In this document: positions 47,987 to 58,308 of the stretch, one piece after another
Numbering within the stretch: position 1 is the stretch's first letter
Layout of the letters: every line of letters starts with the position of its first letter
Assembly (NCBI GenBank): GCA_004764695.1
Contig: SMSO01000004.1
Span: forward strand, 1,736,001 to 1,800,000
Direction of reading: 5' to 3'
From: Schizochytrium sp. TIO01
Taxonomy: Eukaryota > Protista > Bigyra: Labyrinthulomycetes
DNA length: 64,000 nucleotides
Made by a program: the position numbers and the translations under genes
Notes under the pieces: generated by a model
Told to the model about the DNA's origin: nothing
Database searches by the model: none
The model's input: the letters and a program-made list of their open reading frames with translations, nothing else

Positions 47987-49999
47987 ATGGCATCAGCGTG
48001 GCAAAAGTACGTCGAGTTCACTCTCCACAAGGAGCGAACTATTATATTTAATTCTGAGGAAGAGTCTTGTATCGGGCAAGTAAAAACGGAGCTACGCAAA
48101 CGCGGACGGCCTGAGTGCTGGGACCACCTCAAGCATGAACAACAACTTAACATTGTAAGGGGATACTGGGATCGCCCCCAGCGTGTGAAGGATATCACAG
48201 ATATAGTAGTTGAGATTTATGATTGGAGAAAGGCGGAGCATGTTGATGACTTGCTCAATACCATTCTACCTCTTCATGATGAATACCATCAGTGTTGGCC
48301 TACCCATATTTGTGGCGAAGATAAGTATGGGCACTGGGTTGTTATGGACCGTGTTGAAGAGCTTGAAGTATCGGCCCTCAGCAAATACGATGAAGATCTT
48401 GTGCTACGCTACCGCGCTCAGGCTCTGGAGGCTTTGAATGCAATCAAAGACGAAATTTCTTCTCGTCTCGGCTACCGCGTTTGCCAATATGTTTACATCA
48501 TGGACCTCAAGGGCCTTTCCATTAAGAAACACTTTACTGCCAAGGTACGAGGCATTTTGCAACCGATCTTTAAGATTTCAGGCGATTACTATCCTGACAG
48601 TTTGTGGAATTTATTCATCATCAACGCTCCCATGAGTTTTCGTATGATTTGGCGTATCATCTCACCATGGATTGACCCTGTCGTCAAAGCAAAGATTCGA
48701 ATCCTGGCTGGAGAATCAGCTTATATCCCTGCAATGATAAAGTCAGACATTCCCATTGAAAGTATCCCTTCTATTATTGGTGGTGAGGGCTCGACAATTA
48801 TGCTCAAAGAGGTTGTTGAACGCTTGGTAGAGGAACCTGATGTCAAGGATCATAATTTCACATGCTGGCACGCAACACCAGACCCTGCTGTGGTTGAGGC
48901 ACACCGTAAGCAGCTCGAGGAACTTAACCGCCGTCACAGCTTGCTCAGTCGTATCTCTCGTGTTCGTAATGTACGAACCTTTCGCAAGAAGACATCAATT
49001 ATGACAGTCAATGAAGATGAACTTGATTCCGAGGTTGCCGAAGAAGTGTATAATGAAGACGAAATTATCCTACAAGGTTGGCTAAGCAAGCAAGGTGGAG
49101 TCAATACTGCGTGGAAACGTCGCTACTTTGTGCTCACACCCAGCGCGTTGTACTACTTTGCAACCGTACCAACCCCCGAGTGTCATATTCCGCGTGGTAA
49201 AATCGAACTTCACATGATTTCGGAGGCTCGCCTTCACTCCGGAGATGGACTTATGGAACTCGAGACCCCGCGGCGTGTCTACCAGCTCCGCCTCGATCCA
49301 GCTGATGTAGAGGTCGAGAGCGACCTGTCCGCAGCAACGCAACGGTGGGTCAACGAAATAACCTCCGCTGCTGAGAACGACATTTGTGCAATTGATGTTG
49401 AAGCCCTCAGCGATGATGCACATGAAAGTCACATTATTCAAGCTGGTTTTCTTTTTAAGCGTGGTGCCTTCAATCGTTCGTGGCGTAAGCGCTACTTTGT
49501 GCTCACTTCACATGCACTCTACTACTACACAGATGCACCAACAACCGTGGGGTCGCTTCTCAAGGGTAGAATTGACTTGTACCGGATCACAGCCACTGAT
49601 GTGACTAGCTCCAAAGACACGCGTGAATTTACGGTGACCATGCCTGGGCGTGTGTTTTATCTTCGAGCAGAAACTGAAGATGCAGCTGACAACTGGCTCT
49701 CCAACATTTCCTGTGCTGTTGAAGAGGAACTTGATAATGCCATTCGCCGTGGTCATTCAGATGATAGTGATGAGGAAGAGGTGCCCATGCTTCGTGCCAT
49801 TGATGAGGAAGTTGAAGATACGCTCGGACGGACAAGCTCTAATATGATTGCTGGTCTCACAAGTCTTGCCAGTGACTTCCTGGCAGTTGCTGCAGACATG
49901 GGTATCCTGCGCAAGGAAAACGATGGCTCTACACCTGATGAGGAAACCATGCTTCAGGATGTTCAAAAGCGCGTGATGCACATGTTCAAGCTTTTTTAG
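47987..49999 (+). CDS. CRAL-TRIO (Sec14-like) domain followed by two PH domains
   Basis: Sec14 motifs GEDKYGHWV, YIMDLKGL, YYPDSLWNLFIINAPMSFRMIWRIISPWIDP..KIRIL, ESIPSIIGG. Two PH domains GWLSKQGG..WKRRYFVL..WV and GFLFKRG..WRKRYFVL..WL. First ATG at 47987. Confidence 0.93.
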   Translation: MASAWQKYVEFTLHKERTIIFNSEEESCIGQVKTELRKRGRPECWDHLKHEQQLNIVRGYWDRPQRVKDITDIVVEIYDWRKAEHVDDLLNTILPLHDEYHQCWPTHICGEDKYGHWVVMDRVEELEVSALSKYDEDLVLRYRAQALEALNAIKDEISSRLGYRVCQYVYIMDLKGLSIKKHFTAKVRGILQPIFKISGDYYPDSLWNLFIINAPMSFRMIWRIISPWIDPVVKAKIRILAGESAYIPAMIKSDIPIESIPSIIGGEGSTIMLKEVVERLVEEPDVKDHNFTCWHATPDPAVVEAHRKQLEELNRRHSLLSRISRVRNVRTFRKKTSIMTVNEDELDSEVAEEVYNEDEIILQGWLSKQGGVNTAWKRRYFVLTPSALYYFATVPTPECHIPRGKIELHMISEARLHSGDGLMELETPRRVYQLRLDPADVEVESDLSAATQRWVNEITSAAENDICAIDVEALSDDAHESHIIQAGFLFKRGAFNRSWRKRYFVLTSHALYYYTDAPTTVGSLLKGRIDLYRITATDVTSSKDTREFTVTMPGRVFYLRAETEDAADNWLSNISCAVEEELDNAIRRGHSDDSDEEEVPMLRAIDEEVEDTLGRTSSNMIAGLTSLASDFLAVAADMGILRKENDGSTPDEETMLQDVQKRVMHMFKLF

Positions 50000-51546
50000 A
50001 TATAATTTCAAGATGTCAGCTATGCAAACAAGGAATTAAAATTAGATTTGCGGATGATCCTTGCTACATTTTTACTTTAGAAATTACTGTAGAGATTAAG
50101 ATTCTGGTGTAGTCTCATATGACGCTCCCCTCCTGTATGCAACATCTAGAATGCTTGGGTGTGGTCACATTTACATACGACTGATAGGAAAAGTCTAACC
50201 CTATTTTTATTTTATTTTTTCTTCAGCGCCTACATTACACCAAGCTGTTCAATGCAACGTCACATTATTTGGGATCCTGTGAGCAGCTAATTATGTGAGG
50301 CAAGCTCCCCCCCCTTTGAAACACACTCATGTAATCACCTCCAAGTATTTAATTTAGTTTTGATCTTCAAAACTTAACCTTTCTACCTTGTACAGCACAG
50401 GGAAAAGTGCTTTATCAGATAATGTGTTCATGTGTCGGTTTTGCAAACCTCTTCCATGCCAAAATCAGTCAAAAGACCGCGGGTTCAAAGTATAGAGCAT
50501 TTACATAGTTAATCCGCGACATATCTTGTGTGTTCCATTCTGCAGAATGAACTTGCGCTAAACGGGACCAGGGATTTCTTCATGGTGTCATACTTGGAAA
50601 CAATAAACCATTACTGGGCATACGGGCTGAACAGAGGTCCGGGAGATGCCACCGTGAATCCGTGGCTAGATTATCCATATTCTCAAGGTTGTGCCTCTTC
50701 AAAGTGAAGCATATTTTAATTATTTCGCACTTCTCAATTTCGACGGATGGAAGCAATTATTACAACTTAATGAATACTCGTCTCGACAGTTTTAGCTGGT
50801 TAAGATTGGGCAATTGCTTGGGAAATAGAGCTAGTGCGCAGAAGGCTTTCTTATGTGCACGTGCGAGACGTTTTGAAAAGAATCGAAACCTGGAACTGCG
50901 AAATGTATTAAGAACCCGGGCCTGCATTGAGGGCTCCTCGTTGAACAGGAGCAACGAGTGCTATTTCAGAATTTACCTTGTTGGCGAAATATTTCATAAG
51001 ACCTGTCCATCTAAAGCTGTGGAAATATGAAGATGTAATTATTAATGTCTTGTATGGAGGAAATAAGACAATATTGGACTACATTTGAAGTCGAGGACAA
51101 GTCTGCGCCTTTTATCAGTCAAGAGCATTGAAAAGACACATCTACAAATTAAAAAACACTCCTTCAGGTTATTCATTATCTTTTTGTTTTTTTGTCTTTT
51201 AGTATTTTGTAGTCTTGCAACAAGGGCCTTTGTTACCTAGACCTTTGCGCACTCTTATATTAGAGCTAGTGCTATCTTTTCATTACTGTACGAGACAACA
51301 TAAATCCGAGCAGTGAAAACACTCTCTTTCGTCTTTTCTACTTAGCCCATCAGTCGAAATCTACTTTCGACATCGCTGTCGAAGGAGTTAGCGATTCAAT
51401 GCCATCAATATCGTGTATTATCTCAGCACAGCCCGTGTCGCATCAACTATTGTCTTATCCCATACTATCGGCATAAACCTCTTTGATCAAAGAAATCTCG
51501 GCGCTAACACCTTTTCATGGAAAAATGAAGTTGAGGGGTCATAATT

Positions 51547-52667
51547 TTAAGATGATGCAGCGGGGGCGACAGGGGCAGCGGGGGCGCTAGCTGCTGCAGC
51601 AGCAGCAGCCTCTTGCTGGCGACGAGCCTCAACCATGTCACTACACTCATGAACATCCTTGAGCCATAATTTGAGACGGAAGGCGTCAACTCCATTTAAA
51701 TAATACTTGCACAGGCGCTTGTCGCGGTAAAAGCCGAGGTTCTCGTAGAGACGCATTGCAACTTTATTCGTAATCTCAGTCTCGAGTACAGCCTCATCGC
51801 ACCCCACAGCAACCATCTCGCGAATCGCCAAAGTTACCAATGAAGAGCCAATACCCTTGCGGCGCAAGGTCGTATCAACAGCAAGCATAGCAATGTACCC
51901 GCGATACCGCTGGCGACGAGAGAGGTCTGCCTTGCACACGATCACACCCACCATTTTGTCATTCTGATCTTCATCGTACGCAATGATACACATGCGAGGC
52001 CAGCCACGGATAAAGTAGCGGTACGTGTAAATGGAGTACGGCTCACTGAGATCCTTATCAATCATCGCAATAATTTCCCCCAGTTGGGACTCGTCCTGCA
52101 ATATATATTCCCCAAAGCATGAAAATAAGCATCAATGCAATTCATCCCAAGGTAGACGTTAGTTATCCACTGTCATCCAAGACCGTGTAGCAACAATAAT
52201 CACCAACCAAGATTTGTTGCTTAGCTCGTAAATGTTAAAAACCGTAGAGTTGGCCTTCCTGACAACGATATTGCACAGGGGTCGGCTCTAGCTAACTCTA
52301 TGAGCACTGCAAGAGCACCACCATAGCCTTTAAAACAACAACAAAGAAACACCGAATTCTTCATGATAATCCAAACTTTGCGATCAAGGCACCAAAACAA
52401 GTTAGCATGGGCAGCAAGCTTTGCAAATTGCACCCAAGTTTTCTCCATGACCAACTTCACAAGTTGTCTATATGTCTAATTCCCCCGCTCACAGCTCTCC
52501 ACATCTTGAGCGAGCAAACACACATCTATGCTTCGACGTACCTTAAAATGGTCATACCGGATAGAGCCTTTGCGGCCTACAGTGAGAGGACTATCGTTTT
52601 CCCTGGCAGGCTCAGGGCCCATCGTCTTCTTGGCAATGTCCTTGGCCTCGACAAGGTTCGAGGTCAT
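51547..52667 (-). CDS. NAA30: N-alpha-acetyltransferase 30 (NatC catalytic subunit, Mak3); exons 52667-52542 and 52095-51547
   Basis: DLSEPYSIYTYRYF..WP, RGYIAMLAVD..RRKGIG, EAVLETEITN..LYENLGF.RDKRL..YYLNGVDAFRLKL. A phase-0 intron AAG|GTACGT...TTGCAG|GAC joins IRYDHFK to DESQL. Confidence 0.95.
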
Positions 52668-53537
52668 GACGGCGAGCGTATGGGAGGCCAGGAGTGAGTC
52701 GCGCTCTTCGCGAATCGGCAATAACGAGAGTCCTATGCGGCACTCGAGCGGCGCAGTGCCGAGTTCAGTCGCAGTTGTTTGCGCTTCTGGACGCAGTAGC
52801 AGTAGTGCCCAAAGATGAGCAGACCGGAGTAAATTAAGCCAAGCCAATTTCGTCTAAATTTATCAACTGATTCCTGTTTCGGGGAAACCCCATACAAATA
52901 GGTCACAATATAATATAACTAATGCCGAACTGATGATATTGCCTTTCATATTTAACCCAAAATCAGCAGAAAGTTACCTCCATAACCCCATCGAAGAAAG
53001 TAAAACAACCGATAGGTCAAGGAGCCAAGGAGCAAATGAGTCAGTATTCTCTTCGTATTTCTGATCGCTTTTTTAGATATTCTTCTGATTTCTATTTGCC
53101 ATTACAAGCCTGAACAAGTTTAAACAATTCGGATGTTCTACAGAGCGCTCATAGACTCATATTTTGAGTTTCTGTGTTCGAATTCAGAGTACTATGGTCA
53201 CAGAGTATTTTACAAGCAGCAGCAAAGTAGTTGATCGAGTAAATGCGAAGGAATACAGTAATAGTAATAGTAATAGTAGTAGAGGAGGTACCTACTAGTT
53301 AGTTGCCTTCTAGTTTATTACTTCTGAGTTATTCATAGATTTGTTCTACGAGCGTCTTTAGATCGATACATACCTGCTTTGAAGACGGAGCTGAGGGCGG
53401 AGAAGAGGTCGACTGGACGGAAGTCGGCTTTGCGAGGAGTCTGGGGGTTGAGAGGAACCGCAAGACTTGGCATTGGTTTCACCGAAGCAGCGCGAGCGAA
53501 CTTGCAGGGCCGAAACCCGCCGTTTTGAGCAGACACC

Positions 53538-54598
53538 ATGACCAGCGTCGAAGGTATGTTCCAAAGGGCCGCAAAACACGCAACTGGTTTTAAGTAGCCA
53601 AAATGACGAGAAGGCACAAAGAACCAAGGATATAAAGACAGATGTAGTGGGAGTGAGGAAAAGGAAAAACCAGCCATTCAAGATATGAAGCAAGAGAATT
53701 CTTTGATTGGAGAAGAGCTTCACATGTGACGGTTGCTGGACGTATATTGCGGGACTGTTTCAAGGTGCTTCAAGAAATAGTCAAAACAAAAGTTACCCTG
53801 CAGCGATGGTCTAAAACAGAAAAACTGACAAGCAGAGTAAATGTTGTGAAATTGTACAGAAAAGCGCGGCGAGTCGAGCGCCATGAGTAAAATGACTGAG
53901 GCCACCGCAGATCTTGAACGCGATCTAGAGGATTATGGTACGTCACTTTAGCAAAGGGCATGTGTGATTTAACAATTTCCCTGTAAAAACTTGAACACTA
54001 ATGAGAATTATAAACATGGAAAACACTGCAACATTGAAACAATTATGTTGTTTCCAAAATGACGCTGTTGGGTATTGAAATTCGGGTTTGGCACTATATA
54101 TCATTTGACACAGCCTGGCTTCGCGCACTTGAGGATAAAACAATGATTCCGAAAACTGTCATTGCTGCCTCGCTTGGCCTCTCTGCCTTTGTCATATTGT
54201 ATGTTGTAGCAGGCCCTGGCCTCTTGTGCAACTTGGTAGGCTTCTTGTACCCAGCTTACGCATCTTTTAAAGCTATTGAGACTGAGCAGAAGGACGATGA
54301 TACTCAGTGGCTTACTTACTGGGTAGTGTATGCGGTGTTTAATTTGATCGAAACCTTTGTTGGGATTATTCTATTCTGGTTCCCGTTTTACTATTCCTTC
54401 AAATTTGGTTTTCTCATTTGGCTCTTTCTCCCAAACGTTCGTGGCGCCCAGTACCTGTACACAAACTTTGTCTTGCCCATGTTTCTCGAGCAAGAAAAGC
54501 GAATTGGGGAAGCACTTGGCCGCCTTTCTGCCGAGGAAGAAGAGGAAGAGGGATTTGGCCTTGATGATGATGATGATGAGGGCAAGAAGACCCGTTAA
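53538..54598 (+). CDS. YOP1: TB2/DP1/HVA22 family ER-shaping protein (Yop1/REEP5-like); exons 53538-53553, 53860-53937, 54114-54598
   Basis: NLVGFLYPAYASFKAIET..DDDTQWLTYWVVYA..FWFPFYY..FLIWLFLP..GAQYLY. Two phase-1 GT-AG introns (G|GTATGT..TACAG; G|GTACGT..CACAG) give a continuous frame MTSVEEKR..LERDLEDYAWLRALEDKT. Confidence 0.92.
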
Positions 54599-55594
54599 AA
54601 CGCCCTCACAATCTTTAATTTGATGATGAGGTTTTCTCCCCGGTTGATCAGTAATTGATCAGCAAGAGTTTCATGCTTGCCTATAAGCATAGTTTGCAAG
54701 AATAATCATACTACTTTTTAATTTCTCTTCTCATGCCATGATTGTCTCGAGTTTAATAATTCAATACAGACAAGGACATACTTTGTTGCGTTAGTTGACG
54801 AACCCCTTCATATTGTGAGAACCCCCAAGCTTTTCTTTGAGCCAAGTCTACAAAATTCAACTGTTACCTTGTCGTCTTTATAACAAAAGCTCAATCTTTG
54901 GGTTATTGATTATATTGTTCTCTAATTTATATGGTTATAAACAAAAACTTGGATTCTACGCTGTCAACGCCTCGCTTGTTTTCCCATTGATATAATTACA
55001 TTTTCTTACCTTGCAGCATAATCAAACAATATCAAGTGAAGGCTTGAATAAAAGAAGCCGAGAATGGTATCAACAAATTCGCTGGGTGATTATCCATGCT
55101 CAAAGGCCTCAAAATCATTGCTTTCCTTGCTACATGAATAAACATACTTAGGTGAATCAAATGCTTCCCTCCATACATAGAGATATGCTATTACAGGGTA
55201 TTCAAGAAGATATTGACAAAAAGAACCTTCTTCACTTTGAACCCAAGTGAAGAAAATACATTTGGCCCATGACGCTCCCATCTCCGAAAGCTCGCCAAGC
55301 GTCTCTTCTCTCTTAGGTGTCCCGCGCTTCTATTGTACTGGTCTGAATTTTCTAAAGAAAAGAGTTTAGACTTAGTCTATTGTTTCCTGTAGATTTACCC
55401 CTAGTACTGCGAACTTCTCTTTGTTGATATACTGGCCCTCCTATGAATCACTAGCCTATCTTAGGTATTCTTCAGATTATGTCACTTCAAATAGGATCAA
55501 GACATGACATCATAGGACTAAATCAAATCTTTAACTGCGACCCTGCGCTTTCGAGCGTCTGGGACTGCACTGTTTCAAGCAAGGAGAAGAGAGC

Positions 55595-57997
55595 ATGCTA
55601 GTTCGGGGTCAATGGGCTGCCCGAGCGGCACAAAGAGGCCTTCTGCGTCGACAGGGCCCGGCGCCGTTCCAGGGCATTGCACACAAAAGCGTCCTCGGTG
55701 CCGACCACGGTGAACTCCAAGATCTCTCACCGAGAGGAGCTCCGAAAGGACTCATGGCAAGTGGGTCTGCACGTCAAATTCATCTTTTGAACAATGGCAA
55801 CATCAAGCTTAGCAAGGAAGTACAAAAGGCTCTACATTCAGGCACCCCCGTGGTCGCCCTGGAATCCACCATCATCTCCCATGGTATGCCGTACCCCAAG
55901 AACTTGGAATGCGCGCTCGAGGTTGAAGCTGCGATTTATGAGAATGGAGCCACACCAGCAACTGTAGCAATTATTGATGGCGTGCCGTGCGTGGGCTTGG
56001 ACCGCGAGGAGCTCGAGAAATTTGCATCAATGCCGCCTGAGAAAGTCCGCAAGTGCTCGAGAAGGGATATTGCAGTGAGTATTGCAATGGGCGAATGCGC
56101 AGCAACCACGGTGGCTAGTACCATGATTCTTGCTAGACAGGCAAACATCCAAGTCTTCGTCACAGGAGGCATCGGTGGTGTAAGTTTACAAGATAAAGAG
56201 AGCAATATAGATTACTACTTTACCCACATGAGAAGAGTCTGGTATCTCGGAATTGTGCACATAGGTTTCGCAGGAACCCACCCCGCTTTGAATACAGATT
56301 ACTTGAAGATTGAGAAGATTGAAACTAACTTTCTTTTTGGATTGAACTGGACATTTTCCACTTAAATGTGGCTATTGTGACTTTCACAGGTGCACCGTGG
56401 AGCCTATGATGGCGAGGACCCGTCAATTGATGTTAGCGCAGATTTAATGGAGCTCGGCCAAACCAACGTTGCAGTCGTTTGTGCTGGTGTTAAATCTATT
56501 TTGGATATCGGTCGTACTCTGGAATTCTTGGAGACCCAGGGTGTCACTGTAGTTACATACGGTCAGGATGAGTTCCCAGCGTTTTTAACATCAAGTTCGC
56601 CATGGAAGACACCTATTCGCATGGACAAAACAGAAGACATTGCATCCATGATTCACGCCAGCAACAATGTGATTGGCTTGCAAAGTGGTTCTCTCATTGC
56701 AGTTCCGAACCCCGAACCATTAGATCAAGCAACGCATGACGAAGCACTGAAGCAAGTCCTTGCAGAAGCCAAGGAAGGTAAAATTACAGGAAAGGAGCTT
56801 ACACCTTTCATGTTGAAACGTCTTAACGAAGTCACAGGAGGCTCGTCCCTTGAAGCGAACATCGCTTTAGTAAAGAACAATGCGCGAGTGGGTGCTCAGA
56901 TTGCTGTTGAACTTAACAATATTCGGCGTGAGGCAATCTCACTCCCCTCACGGCAGCTGGAAGCAAGTGGTCGGGTTCGCCATGTTCTTGTTGTGGGAGG
57001 CGCCGCCATTGACATTATGGCGATGCCACAGGAGGGACCATTTTTTCATACCTCGAATCCCGGGAAAATTCGTGAGGAAATGGGCGGAGTAGGACGTAAT
57101 ATTGCGCAGTGTATTGCTGGCCTCGAACAATGGCGTTTTGACATCGATCCCGAAGGTGATACTCTCCACCCAAGCCTTATGACCGCTATTGGTCAGGATA
57201 ACCGCGGTCGTACCATTGTTGAGCACTGTGAGGACTTGGGCATCGACACCTCAATGATCCAAACCTTCTCTGAAAATGCAACTTCGACATACTGCAGTAT
57301 TGCAGATGCTTCGGGTGATCTCCTCGTTTCTATCGCCGACATGGACATTTTTGACCAATTATCCTCCTTTCAACCCGATGCACACTTCGACAAATATGAT
57401 TTTCTCGTGATTGATGCAAACATGCCGATCGGATTTATCGAGCGTCTTTGTGAACGTGCTCGCGCGAACAACGTCCCGGTACTCTTTGAGCCTGTATCTG
57501 TTTCTAAGAGTAAACGTGCGGTATCTGTTCTCGACAAACTCTCCATCATTACACCTAACAGAGACGAGGTGAATAGCCTCGCAGAGGAGATTGCTGGAGA
57601 TAAGCGCTATGCTGGAGGCTCTATTCAAGAGGATGCCCGCTTGGTAGCACAGACGATGCACGTTCCAGGCGGCTCAACCAAGTATGTCCTTGTGACTCTT
57701 GGTGAAGATGGACTCCTTGAGGTTCGTTGTGATCCCGATGGAAATGTGCACGAAGTAATGCACCCGGCTCGTCAGATTCTTCCCGAACTCATCAAGTCTA
57801 GCAATGGTGCTGGAGATACCTTTGCTGGAGCTCTAGCTTGGAGTTTGATGGCCCGCCAGCCTTCGAAGCGTGGAGTTCAGGTAGAAATCGAAGAAAATAT
57901 GGCAAATCACATTTCTTTTGCAATGGACACTGCTACCTTGGCCCTTCTCACAAATACTGCTGTTCCAACAGACTTCCACTCTTTGCAGCTTCGCTAG
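55595..57997 (+). CDS. psuG: Bifunctional pseudouridine-5'-phosphate glycosidase (PsuG/IndA) and PfkB-family pseudouridine kinase (PsuK) fusion; exons 55595-56179 and 56390-57997
   Basis: VVALESTIISHGMPYP, SRRD, ATTVASTM, FVTGGIGG|VHRG (210-nt GTAAGT..CACAG intron), DVSADLMEL, GVKSILDI, GKELTPF. Then PfkB motifs GGVGRNIA, PNRDE, VTLGEDG and NGAGDTFAG. Confidence 0.95.
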
Positions 57998-58308
57998 GTC
58001 CAATTCGCAGCATCTGTGCCTCTATCTTTAGCGAAAATGAATTTCTAGCTGCGCCCAACACATCCATAGTTTTTTCTAACCTGATGGGTCGCGCTTTGCA
58101 TACAAAAAAAAATAGCATTCAGAGATCGGTCTCCAAATTCTTGGCTAGCCGATTGCACACCATCATAACAAATGAATTGTCTCCTTCATGTTTGCTTATC
58201 CCTGTCTTGCATTAATCGTATAGTTACCTAAAAATCGAGTTTGAAGGCCTTCAAGATGAGCTTTATATTTTATGGATTCATGAAGGAAGTAGAACTGGAT
58301 TTAGTTGT

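Noticed and set aside
51353-51383. Two overlapping 7-bp hairpins downstream of NAA30
   Set aside because: Built on the self-complementary TCGA core, short, and with no independent evidence of function.
56180-56365. C-terminal extension of the 256-aa ORF (VSLQDKES...)
   Set aside because: Read-through into a canonical GTAAGT..CACAG intron; splicing restores the PsuG motif GGIGGVHRG.
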